NCBI GenBank assembly: GCA_051047955.1
Contig: JBPGPT010000032.1
Span: forward strand, 124,001-178,480
Reading direction: 5' to 3'
Source: Cystobasidiomycetes sp. EMM_F5
Taxonomy: Eukaryota
Length of the DNA: 54,480 nucleotides
Shown here one piece after another: positions 25,570 through 37,503 of the stretch. The notes under the pieces were generated by a model, which saw only the letters and a list, made by a program, of their open reading frames with translations, was not told the DNA's origin and made no database searches. Within the stretch, counting starts at the first letter, position 1, and each line of letters starts with the position of its first letter. The translations under genes were made by a program, and so were the position numbers.

Positions 25570-27403
25570 TTACAGACAGCGAAGCCTGACAGGCATCTGA
25601 GCACCTGCGTCTAGTTCCGATGCTATGACCGGACGGGTGACGATGCTACTCCGCTTGATCTGCCGAAATAGCATTAGTAATTGTACAAGGACTATTCAGC
25701 ATCTGGCATAGCTATGAACTCACGAAATCCGTCCCATTAGCATCTCTTTCAGCAATGTCAAACGCCATCACCAGAACAGCAAGGATACTCTTTATTTCAA
25801 GCAGGGCGAACCTATACCCAATACAGCCCCGAGCGCCTGAGATGAACGTGGCAAGGCCATACGTAAAGCCCTTGAGCTCCTGCTTTTCCTCGAGTATATC
25901 GGTGTCCATGAAACGCTCAGGGCGATACTGATCTGCATCGTCGCCGTAGAGTTCCTTGGATCTGTTAAATGTGGAAATCCCGACCATAATTTGCTGCCCT
26001 TTCTTGACGTGGATATGCTCGACATCGGTTTTGCCGTCGCGCCCCCGCAGTGACCTTCCGAGTGGTATCACGTCCTCCTTCGATGCACTCCGAAGCGTGG
26101 CTGTGACTGGCGTATCGAAGCGAAGTGTTTCGCGCTGCATAGTATCCATCTTCAGTAATTGTACCTCGTGTAAGTAATGGTGGGCAGACTCACGACAACT
26201 GCATCCAGGTATTTCAATTGTGATAGTTCATCGGCACTCAAATCCGTAACACTGCCGTTTCCGGCTGCCTGAGCGAGTTCTGCCCTCAACTTCTCCTGTA
26301 CATCTCGATGTTTGCTGAGCCGCATCAAAATCCAGGTAAGGGTTGTGCTTGACGTTTCGTGACCGGCAAGTAGGAATGTAATGACTTGGCCCGACAGCTC
26401 CTCATCCGTCATCTGATCCTTTGGATTTGTGCTCTCCGTATTAGCCACAATCAGTCGGCTGATCAAATCGCCTTGCTTGAGTTGTCCATTGAGGGCCATT
26501 TCCTTTCGCTCTTGTATTATTTTTTGCGCGACACTCTTCAACGTTGTTGACGCACGCCGCACCGCTTCTGCCCGCTCGTTGGGTATGATTGACAGGAATG
26601 GGATGTAGTAAGTCATGAGCTGAAGCATGATACCAGTCACGGTAATTCCGCGAGGCTGCACAAGCAGGCCCGTAGCGGTCGCCAGCTCTCCATTAGGGTC
26701 ATCCAGAGCGTTGAACTTGTAGCCGAAGCCAGTCACTCCGATGACATCGCAGGTACATCGAGCGAGCCATCCAATTACGTCGATAATTGCGGAGCCATCT
26801 GAGCTTTCGTTACCCGCGCGATTCACCTCCTCGACAAGCTTGCCTCGCAGCTGTGAATTGCGGTCAGAGGATGAATTGTGAGTTCGACTGTTCGCCTGGC
26901 TGACTTACTTTAATTGCATGTTCGTCAAAGACTGTCTTGTAAGTGTTGACATGTTTTTGTGTGAACGGCTCATTCATAATCCTTCGTTGCCGAACATGGT
27001 CGTTTCCTTCTGCAAACAGGATGCCTTCGCCGAAAATACGTTTCAGGAAGCCGCGAGTCTGGGCAGGCTTGGGATAGTCGTACGAGCGCTTGACGAGGAT
27101 ATGGGATAGTGCCCGAGGATCCGATAGGTATAGCCTGCTACTTCCAAACATCCCTCTGTACATCAAGACATGTCCGTACTCGGCGACTTTCGACTCGTGC
27201 CAGGCGCCAGCTTCCGCCTTGAAGATTGGGCCCAAGTTTCCGGACCACAAGCTCTCGTTCTTTGGGCCAGGGAGATTCCTGATGCTTGAGACATAGTTTG
27301 GATGGATATAGAATCGATATATCGCATAGGCTAGAATAAAGATCGGAGTAGCATAAAGCAGGGATTGCGTGAATGACAGCTGCAGCGGCTGAGCTTCACT
27401 CAT
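25570..27403 (-). CDS. Cytochrome P450 (P450-1; basidiomycete CYP534-clan-like)
   Basis: N-terminal TM plus LPGP, I-helix LAGHETSST, ETLR, YRPERF, heme motif FISGARGCIG; last exon IKRSSIVTRP...RLRCL*. Confidence 0.92.
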
Positions 27404-27628
27404 TTGCGACAGAGTAGACAGAGCTGATGCAAAGGCAAGCTCCCTCGTAACACGTACGAGTACGCGTACCCAAAGTGGCACTCGGGCCGACATACTCTTA
27501 CAGCCGTCACATTTCCGTGGAGCCGGAAAGCACAACACAACGACTAGCTTGCTGCATACAGGGTACTACCTCTTGTCCAGCAACTCTCGCTCTATTCAAG
27601 GCTGCTAGCTTCCGTCCAGGTTCTCAGG

Positions 27629-29553
27629 CTACTTCTTTACTGACTGGACCAGCAATGGTAGCTGAACCCCAAGATGTCGCTCTGAGCGCAAGACAGGCCG
27701 ACTTGTTATGTTGGATAGCGTCATGAAATCGTCATCCTCCCTGCGCGGCTGGAAGCTGAAGGCGCTTATCAGTTTCATGAGAATGACCTTGACCTCCAAG
27801 ATTGCGAATCGAGCTCCAGGACATCCACGTGGACCTCCAATAAAAGTCATCAAAGGACTGAACGTCGATATGTTCCGTGCGGAGATATCCTGGATCAAGT
27901 CCTGTCCCGTTTTCCCTAACCATCGATCTGGATTGAAAATGCCGGCATCCTCACCAAAGATGCTGGTATCGGTATTCCATTGCGCGATGCCAATAACGAG
28001 TTCTTGTCCAACCCTGATCGGTATGCTGCTCCTGGTGCGTCCATCCTGACCCATTACCGGATTCTTCAGGGGAAGGGTATCGTCTTCAAGTGCCACCCTC
28101 AGCGTAGCCGATACAGCTGGATGTACACGCAAAGACTCTCGCACCACCGCCTCCAGATAGTGCATTTCCGAGACATCCTCGACATTCGGCTCAGATCGAC
28201 CATCGCGAGCTAATCTGGCTTCCAGCTCACGCACTTCATGACGAAGTTTTTCCTGAATGTCGAGATGTTTCGAGAGCTCCAACAGCGTCCAGGTGAGAGT
28301 TGTGGAAGACTAATCATATTCAGATAGTATAGATATGTTAGAGTGAGTCAGAGAGACGAGCAAGGCAAGGGCAGCGGCGGTCACTTACAGTCTCGTGTCC
28401 GGCCGCCAGCTTATCGCACAGTCAGAACTGACCTGAAAGGGCCAAGTATAAACGACTCACAAAAGTAGTGACTTGCGCAGTGACCTCATCATCTGACAAC
28501 TTGTCCTTCTTGTTTTCCTCCTTGTTGTTGGATTTAATGAGCAAAGCGAGCAAATCTTTCCGCTCATCGAGGTCTGCTTGAGCTTGCTTGTCCCTGAGCA
28601 CGGCTTGCGCTTCAGACCGAAGAATCGCCAGAGCAATCTTTGCTCTTTTCAAAGTTTTGATGGGTAGTCTCGTGAGGACAGGCACGTAATGTATCAGCGT
28701 AAGAATAGCAAAAACCCATGCTGATAAATCTGTCGGGTCCAGCACATCAGCCAAGGCTGAAGCCAACTTGGTTTCCCTTCCGTCTAAAGCTCCACATTCA
28801 TAATGAAAGCCGGCTAGACCTATGACGTCCAGTGTAATCTTGTTAAGCCATTCGTGGACGTTGACGATGCTGCCGTCAGGACGGTCTCCCTTGGACTTCA
28901 AAACTTGGCGCAGACAGTCACAGAGCTGTTGTAAGCTTGCTGTCAGCAGTCTCCAAGTACTTATAGCAATTGCACTTTACCTTGTTTGCTTGTTGAGCAA
29001 ATATGGGCAGATATCCATTGACAGACGCTTGCGAAAACGCAAGCGAAGCGACTCGCCGCTGTCTTCGGTGCACGTCGCCGTCCGCTGTCAGTAGGCCCAA
29101 TCCAGTAATCCTGGTTAATTGAGCATTGATCGGTCGCGGTTTAATGTATGAATATGACTTTGTTAATAGGGTGTGCTTGAGGGCTTCTGGGTCAATTATG
29201 TAAATTCTCTGTCTTCCGAGCAGAGTCGAGTATCGAAATGTAGGCCCATATTTGGCTTGCCAATTTCCGTGAGCTATTGCGGGATCTTCGACGAGGAGCT
29301 CCGGCAAGTGTCCCAGCACAAGAGACGCTGGAGGTGGGGTTGGGAGGAACGCAATGGGGGACAGATATCTCGGGTATATGATTACTTGATAGATGACGTA
29401 GATTGTGGTAAATGCCAATACGACCCTGCATCAAGGGATTATGATATGTCTCGTTAGTCGCCGCATGCTGTCATGCACTATGAGGCACCGCTACCATATC
29501 AATGCAGATGGCTGGAGCAACAGAGCTGGATCATCCTGCAGCAGACTGGACAT
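27629..29553 (-). CDS. Cytochrome P450 (P450-2)
   Basis: MSSLLQDDPALLLQPSALIW|VVLAFTTIY; 21-nt microexon LAAGHET at 28389-28409; ESLR, FNPDRW, FIGGPRGCPG. Confidence 0.92.
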
Positions 29554-30048
29554 GGTTGGAGTTGACAATAGGAAAGCAAGAAGCTGGTCGAAAGGGCAGC
29601 AGAGCAATACTCGCCGGGTACCTTGAAATTGTTCGCACCGACGCGAAGGGACTCGAAATACAGTCATACCGTCGTGTCAAGCTGGCACACATTCGTACAG
29701 TGACAGTATACAACACGCTACTGTAATACAGTATCGAGGAGTCGTAGACTCAGCGTTGCAGGCCGTGACTGGGTTCAAGACGGAAAGTCTCTGAAAGATG
29801 TTCGTAGTGACTTTATGACCCAAGCACTTTGAAAGGTGACAAATTCCATTGAACGTTGCGCCCAATTTTTCAGTGAATTTCATATTGCAGAAAGCTAAGA
29901 GCTTGACGCGGCGAGGACGACTCCGCCAACATCGTCGTTCAGCTCTCGGTAGTATTAGGCAACTGTGCAACTAGCACATAGTCAGGGACTGTGAGGGTGC
30001 GGTGACACAGAGCTGCTGTAGGCGGTGGCTTGAAGGCTTCCTGCCATG

Positions 30049-31841
30049 TCACTGCCACGTCCGGTGCGGCAGGCTGCGCACCTTCAGAGGGAGTTGTACA
30101 CCCATCTTCTCCTTGCCTCGTATGGCCATACGACTACTGATGTTGCCCAGCGGGAAGAAATCTGCGCCAGTATCTCCAAATTGAAAGCGAGTGACCAGAC
30201 GAGCAACCGCGACTTTCATTTCCAGCAAAGCGAAGCGATAGCCAATACAAGACCGGTTCCCTCCGATAAATGTCAAGAGAGGACGGTACACGGACATGTT
30301 GCGAGCGCTGTCGGTCGACATGAGCTTCTCACCGCTTTGATCGAGCCAGCGCTCAGGCTTGAAGACGTTGGCGTCGGGACCGAAGATAGTCTCACTACGA
30401 TTCCATCTGGCAACGTTGATGACAATTTCCTGTCTTGCTGATATGTGCAGAGTATCGCGGGCATCGCCGCTTGCGTTCACATATGGGCGGGACAAGGGGA
30501 GTACGTCGGGGACGGTTGAAGCGCGCATCACAGTGCCAATCGCAGGATGTAAGCGAAGCACTTCTCGAGTTACTGCATCGAGGTAAGCCAAGCGGTGTAT
30601 TTCGGCAGCATTACTAAGATTGATATTCCGCAATTCCTGGCGGAGCTTCTCTTGCACTTCTTCGTTCTTACTCAATTCCAGAAGGTACCAAGCAATACTC
30701 GTTGAGACTGTTTCATTGCCGGCAGCCAACTGTGGCATAGCTTTCAGTAATTCAATCACGGCGAAGACTCCACTCATATGTTTGCTTACGAATGTCGTAA
30801 CTTGAGCCATCACTTCCGTATCGTTGAGCCTGTCCTTCACTTTTTCAGAACGGTTAGACATTAGGAGACTGTCGATAAGACTATTTCGCTTCCCTGATTG
30901 ACCAGACGCCAATCTCTCGTTCGCCTCATCGATGATATCCCTTGCATCAGACTGGAGTTCACTTAAAGCATTGCGCATGTTGACAAGAAGAGGTACGGGC
31001 AGGAAATCGAGGTATGGAAGGTAGGGTGCTGTGTAGACAACGAGCCATGTCCACGGTGTGACCTTTGTGGGATCTAGAACCCGTTGTAGAGCCTCAATTA
31101 GATTCTGCTCCTTCGCCTCGTATTTCTCGATGTCGAAACCAAAGCCAGCTATCGAGATGACGGCTAGGGCATGTCGATTGAGAAACGGGAACATTTGCAG
31201 TACGGTCCATTCGCCTGAGCCCGAGGCTGACCTTGTACTGCAGGCATCCTTGATCCGTTCGCACAGCCGATCCGTCTGACTTATGAACACATCGATGTAC
31301 TCGTCCACTCGCTGGCTGGAGAATGCGGCCGATGACACTTTGCGCATGCGCTTGTGCAGATCTCCCTCCGACGTCAGAAGGCCGTTGCCTGCAACACGCT
31401 CGAGAGCTGCATTGATCTCAGATGGTTTACCGTAGATGTCCTGTCGTTTGAACAGTATGTGCTCGAGCGCGGCTGCATCATCACTGATGACTATCCTATC
31501 TCGCCCAAAGAAATACCGATAGCGATACACATTCCCATAGAGTTGCGCCCATCTACCGTGAGCGACTATTGAATCCTCGCGCAGAACCTCGTACAGGTTC
31601 CCGGTTATGACTGAAGCATTGGGGGGTCCAGGGAGGTCACGAATGGACGAGACATAGTTGGGCTTGATGTAGAGATGGTACACTACCACAGCCGCTGCAG
31701 CGAAGCAGATTCTGGTAGCAGTGAACGGCTGTCAGCTGGTGGCCTCGCACGTTGTTGATGACTTGCTCAAATATGTATTGACATAGCGGAGACATTGATA
31801 TTGTAGTCGAGTGCTTGATCTCCCAAGGACAACACATACAT
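30049..31841 (-). CDS. Cytochrome P450 (P450-3), close paralog of P450-4
   Basis: Exon 1 MYVLSLGDQALDYNINVSAI (intron 31782-31712; alternative start 31795 with a GC donor at 31766); 60-nt in-frame intron 30730-30789; LAAGNET, EVLR, FKPERW, FIGGNRSCIG. Confidence 0.92.
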
Positions 31842-32011
31842 CACTTGTTGTATGAGCATGAGCTATTAGCAGACCAAGGGCGTGGCTGCAGCGAAATGGG
31901 CATGGTGGTCAGGCGTCTGACAGTGACGTTCGCCGCTCGACGGCAGGGGGCACGAGAAGCAGCGAAATATCTGACGGGCTAGCCAGATGCAGTATAACGG
32001 ACACATAGTAA

Positions 32012-32460
32012 AGCTGCAGCAACTCTGGCACAGGTAGGTCATTGTTTAGCAAAGTGAGCAGTCGGATCAAAAACGCAGAGCCTGATAGCGTGGAGACATC
32101 TGAGACACAAATGCGGCAAAAGCCTCGAACATACATGGCCGACGCGTGTGCGAGTGCAGACAATGTCGAAGAAGAGTGCATCGCGATCAGCAGCTGCTGT
32201 GACAAAGCATTCCGGCTTTCTCCCGAGATGCTCTAGCTAGATAGGGGCGCGAACAGACTGAACAACGTTGCTAGGCTCGCTACAGGCCTTCCTTTGACGG
32301 TAGAAATGCCGCTGTTGACTTGTCCTCCAGCTAGAACTATACCACCGAACTTTTGCTCGGCATTTCCTCATGGTGAAGTCTCGTCGGAAAGTCCTGCGGG
32401 TTCTGGCTCGCAGCAGATGCTACTGTATTATCGACTCTAGCGTGCTCGATGAAACTGTCA
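32012..32460 (-). pseudogene. Decayed duplicate of 34167-34630: 3' end of the Egh16-like gene, spacer, and P450 exon1/intron1
   Basis: Colinear nucleotide similarity; in-frame GGA to TGA at 32368-32370 (SP*GNAEQKFGGIVLAGG vs SPGGNAEQKFGGIVLAGG); P450 intron-1 donor gtcagc changed to atcagg at 32086. Confidence 0.85.
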
Positions 32461-34280
32461 TTGCGAGGGGAGATGGGGTTGATCTGCCAGACTACGAACC
32501 CTCAAAGGCAGCTGGACACCAACGTCTTCTTGCCCCTTTATGCCCATGCGACTGTTGATATTGCCAAGCGGGAAGAAGTCTGAGCCAGTATCGTCGACTT
32601 CGAAATGCCGCAATAAAGTCGCGATTGCGACCTTGATTTCGAGGACGGCGAAGCGATGTCCAATACATGACCTGGCTCCACCGATGAAAGAAAGCAGAGG
32701 CCTGTAGACAGACATATTGCGAGCGCTGGGGTTTGATATCAGATTTTCGCCGCTCTGACCGAGCCATCGTTCGGGACTGAAGATCATCGCGTCGCTACCA
32801 AAGATGGTCTCGCTGCGATTCCATCCGGCAACGTTGATCACGATTTCCTGTCTGGCTTGAACATGCAGAATATTGCGGGGCACCCCGCTGGCGTCCACGT
32901 ATGGACGGGACAAGGGGATTGCATCAGAGATCGCAGACGCACGCATACTTATGGCAACAGCGGGATGGAAACGGAGTACTTCGCGCGTTACTGCATCGAG
33001 ATAGGGCAGGCTGTGTATCTCAGCAGTATTACCGACATCTATCTGCTGCACCTCCTGGCGAAGCCTGTGCTGAACATCAGCATTCTTGCTGAGCTCCAAC
33101 AAGTACCATGCAACAGTGGTTGAGACCTGTGTCGAAGAGAGCCGAACGTATCAAGACAGTGCATTCGAGCCATGTCATCTGGGCTCACTGTTTCGTTACC
33201 GGCAGACAACTGTGATCGTGTTGATCAGCACGAGCAGCTTTCTTTGCGAAACAGCCTGACATACGAATGTCGTCACTTGTGCCATGACTTCGGCATCGCT
33301 CAGTCGGTCTTTTCCTCGCTCAGAGCGATTAGCAATAATTAGGCTGTCAATTAGACTACTACGTTTTCCCGATCGACCAGATGCCAGGCGCTCATTTGTG
33401 TCTTTGAGAATATCACAGGCTTCAATCTGAAGCTCTTTCATAGCTTGCCGCATATTTGCTAGCAGTCGTACAGGAAGCAGATGCAGAAATGGGAGATAGG
33501 GTATAGTATAGATGGCTATCCATGTCCATGATGTGACCTTTGTAGGGTCAAGAACGCGCTGAAGAGATCGAATAAGATTCTGTTCCTTGACCTCGTATGT
33601 CGCAGTATCAAAACCAAAGCCAGCCATTGAGACAACAGCCAAGGAGTGTCTGTTCAGAAACGGGAACATCTGCAATACCGTCCACCCGCCCGAGTCGGCA
33701 GATGACTTTGTGCGGCAAGTGTCCTCGATGCGCTGGCAGAGTATTTCTGCCTGAGACCGAAACACTCCGATGTATTCATCTACTCTCTCCTTGGAAAAGG
33801 CAGCAGTAGAGACCTTGCGCATACGTCTGTGAACATCTCCTTCTGCAGTAAGAAGGCCGTTGCCTGCTACGTGTATCAGAGCTTCGTTGATCTCCCGGGG
33901 TTTTGGGTAGATATCTTGTCGTCTGAAAAGTATGTGCTCAAGAGCGGCTGGATCATCAATGACGACTCGATGTCGCCCGAAGAAGGAGCGATAGCGGTAC
34001 ACGTGTCCATACAGCCGTGTCCAATTAGTATGTGCAACTATCGGGTCTAAACCCATGGACACGAGGTTTCCGACCAGTAGCGAATCGTTTTCTGGGCCGG
34101 GCAAATGTCGTACAGCAGACACATAGTTTGGCTTGATGTAGAGATGATAGAAGACGACGGCAGCTAGAGCTGCAGCAACTCTGGCACAGGGAGGTCATTA
34201 TTTCAGCAAAATGTGCAGTCGGATTGAAATGCAAAGGCTGACAGCGTGGAGACATGCGGCAACAGATCTTGAGCAAACAT
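32458..34280 (-). CDS. Cytochrome P450 (P450-4)
   Basis: MFAQDLLPHVSTL|VAAALAAVVFYHLYIKPNY (intron 34242-34181); 21-nt microexon LSAGNET at 33189-33209; EVLR, FSPERW, FIGGARSCIG. Confidence 0.92.
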
Positions 34281-34397
34281 GCTCAGTACATGAGCGAATG
34301 CAGATAATGTAACAACAACACGAAGAAGACTGCATTGCGACCAGCTGTTGCTGCAAAAAGCATTCCGGCTTTCTCCCGAGATGTTCTTATGCTCGCT

Positions 34398-35477
34398 TTA
34401 CATCAAGTGTCCAAAGAGACTGAACAACATTGCTACGCTCGCAACAGGGCTTGTTCTGAAGATGGACACGCAGCTGTTGCTCTGCGGTTGTCCTCCGGCC
34501 AGGACGATACCACCGAATTTTTGCTCGGCATTGCCTCCTGGTGAATTCTCTCCGGAGAAGCCTTGCGGGATTGGGCTCGCGGAAGATGCTACTGTGGATG
34601 TCGGCGATAGCGTGCTCGATGGAACTGTCGATGTGAGTGAAGACGAGGCCATTGTCGACTTTGTGGCAGAGGAGGCGGAGGTAGTCGTCGCTTTTGTTGT
34701 TACAGATGTGATGTTGGTCGTGCCAGATGAGAGCGACGAGTTGAAAGAAAGGACAGCGCACTGTCCAATATCCTCATCCTGTGCGACCCGTCAGTCGACT
34801 GTTGCAGGACGATGAGTTCGGATGCGGCATACCTGTTTCTTGCAATTGATGAGGCAGGCACCTCCAGTGCCACTGCACTGTGTGTCTCTGCAACGAGGGC
34901 TCCACGTTAGAGGCGTGTGGAAAGATAAAAGTAGGCTGAAACAGCCTACTGAGGCAATTGCGCTACGAGCATAAACACCGTAGCATCGGCAGCAGTACCG
35001 CAGCCTTTCGATTCGGCTGGCACATTCTGAACAATTTGTACAGTTTCCCATGAAGAACCAGTTGCGTCCATTGAGATTTGGCCTGCGGGAAGGGTTGAGT
35101 AACACAGGTGGCGTGGAATGGTATGAATGGCTTACATGCATACGGTCCGCAGTTTTGAGGTGTCGACACACTGACTTGCATGTAGATGATTCCTGTCGAT
35201 GATGCTGATGGCAGACCGGCATTCACGGCTTGGAGGTGTATCAGCTACGCAACACGACAGCGGCATTGGAGTCTACCGTACAATCGCTCACGAGGGCAGC
35301 CGTATCTACGACATTGCCGTCACCATCCCCACAGAGAGTGTCGGTACGCCGATGTAGGTGATTGTCCGGCAGCAGATGTCTCGGGCGTAGAATGGCTTGC
35401 TTTTGTAACCCAGCTGCTGAGGCCAAGAGCAGTAATTTGGTTGCGACTGCTAGTAATGCGAGCCGGGAGTGATACAT
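34398..35477 (-). CDS. Secreted, probably GPI-anchored Egh16/GAS1 (DUF3129)-like protein with Ser/Thr stalk
   Basis: Signal peptide; spliced core GLPSASSTGIIYMQ..CGPYA|CQISMDATGSSWETVQIVQNVPA..LVAQLP|DTQCSGTGGACLINCKKQ|DEDIGQCAV follows Egh16 Cys spacing; S/T-rich tail; hydrophobic C-terminus VASVAMLFSLFGHLM. Confidence 0.7.
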
Positions 35478-36154
35478 GTTTGCGAGAGACTGAATGTCGA
35501 AAAAAGGGCGTGCGGAGTGGGAGTGTAGAGAATATCGAGACCTGCTCGATGGAGTCTAGATTAGGGCGATGCCTACAGACCTGTATGTTACGGCTGTGAA
35601 ATTGTCAGATGGAGACGAGAAACTTGTCAGGAGTATAGAGTCTCTCGAAAGAGGCTTTTGCGTAGCAAAGGGTACTTCATCAGCGACCGCGGACCTTCCG
35701 TCTAGGGAGGCGTCAGCTTTTGTGCTTTTCAAAAGCCTTGACGGGTTTGGGCAGTCAAAATTGGATTGGTCGCCGATACTGTGCACAGGAGACGTGAGGT
35801 AGACGCTGCAGGGCAGTCGAGCCGTCGAGCCTAGCTGGGCGCTGGGCGTTTACCAGGCGCACTGAGGTCATTCAATTCCGACTTGGAATCCAGGCGTCTT
35901 TTGCAAGCTTGCAAGGTTTAGAAGCCGCTTTTGGGTATCCGCTGAGTACAGTACGAGTGCAAAATTGCACTGAAGCGAGTGCTGCTGGCAGAGTTTGTGT
36001 TGTCCATTTGCAAGATTATTGACCACCAGCTCCAGTCTTTCGTCAACAGCAGGCTATCTTGCGTTTCAAACGACTCTGCCATTCTGCCTTGAGCCGCCAT
36101 ACAGTCATCCAGAGCACGCCCATCCAGGACTGGCTGCATATCCTGGACGTATGA

Positions 36155-37246
36155 ATGGTGCAGCGTCAAGGTGCTCGACGATCAGGATGGTGAGTGGTCG
36201 CAAAGGCCGTCCTGCAGAAAGCCAGCATTGCCAGTTCTGAGGACTCACACTCTGGCTATTGCTACAACAGGGACCCTCTATTGTTGGTCTCGCAGGTAGG
36301 CTGGCAGTCAGACTTACCGCTTCGAAAACGGACATGATTGAGACTCGTTGCTCGCAGATTGTCGCACTGCAAGCTTGCCATTACCTAGTCCTCCTACTCG
36401 TTACACCTCCACTCATGCACGTATTTACGAGTCCCTTGGCCCAATCTAATTCAATCAGGCCGTCTAATGTGGCTTTGATTATGGACTGGCGTCACCTGTC
36501 CGGGCACAATATCCCCCAGGCAAGCGTGCCAGTAAACACACCAACAACCGGCAAAGAAGTCTCTCCTCCTCATAAGCTGGAGCGGGACACGCCCAACATT
36601 CATCCTCAAGGCGCGCCTGAGCCCGCACAAGCCAACGCTGATGCAGAAGCAGAAGCGGAAGCAGCAGCTCGTGCAAAGGGGTCCATCAATGGCATGCATC
36701 AAGGCGGATCCACACACCAGGACGAGCAGTTTCTCCGTCCTCCAGTGACTGACCGCATGTCACGGTCACTAAGGCTAGCACGAAGCTGGATATTGACGGC
36801 AGCCTGGTTCATGGCCAGTTGCGCCGAGTGAGTCGATCCCACACAGCTTACCGTTCATCAACGGCTGACAACTTCGGATTGCTAGCGTCGCGTACTTATA
36901 TTTCGTTATTCGTCGACCAACTTACATCCTGGACTTTTCTCTGACCATGGTCTTCAATCATCTCGTCCTCACAACGTACTACTCTGGGACATTTCCAACA
37001 TCTATTTTCTTCTGGGCAACTGTACTTCTGTGTGGTGCAATACAGATAGTATGGGCAGAACAGCTGTGCGTCCGACGAGAAATGAAGGAAGGTTTTCAAC
37101 TAGGATCGAACTGGAAGACGGACGAGCGTGCTGAGGATGGACCTATTCTGCCTACATCGCGAAGGCAAAGGCGCAATTCTGCTCCGAGCGCAGTGGGCCG
37201 ACCCATCGCCTATGAAGAAATTCCAATGGTCGAAGTCGGGAAATAA
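36155..37246 (+). CDS. SYS1: Sys1 Golgi integral membrane protein
   Basis: MVQRQGARRSGW|DPLLLVSQ|IVALQACHYL, IMDWRHL, VRRPTYILDFSLTMVFNHLVLTTYYSGTFPTSIFFW, AEQLCVRREM. Confidence 0.88.
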
Positions 37247-37503
37247 GCGCACACGCTGTACATTGAAAAGGCCGTCTTACCCAAAACGCGTCAATTCCGG
37301 TCTCCATGATTTGCGGATCACGTCCGTGGGGTCTCTACCCCAACCTTGACCCATCCGGATATTCGACGAGGCCACAACGGATGTCAGTGGCGATTCGAGA
37401 AGGCTATGAGGTTGCAGCGCCCCGCACAAACTAATTTTACTGTGAGGAAAACATGTGCTCCTCGGCTTTGCGCATATCAGACCAGCTTTGCGCAAACGAA
37501 AAA

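Noticed and set aside
30730..30789. Apparent 20-aa insertion in the P450-3 I-helix in the 546-aa ORF
   Set aside because: It is a 60-nt in-frame intron (gtaagc..gctaaag-like branch region..cag) at the same position as in P450-2 and P450-4
35500..36150. Short ORFs between the Egh16-like gene and SYS1
   Set aside because: No motifs or consistent splice structure; treated as a divergent promoter/UTR region
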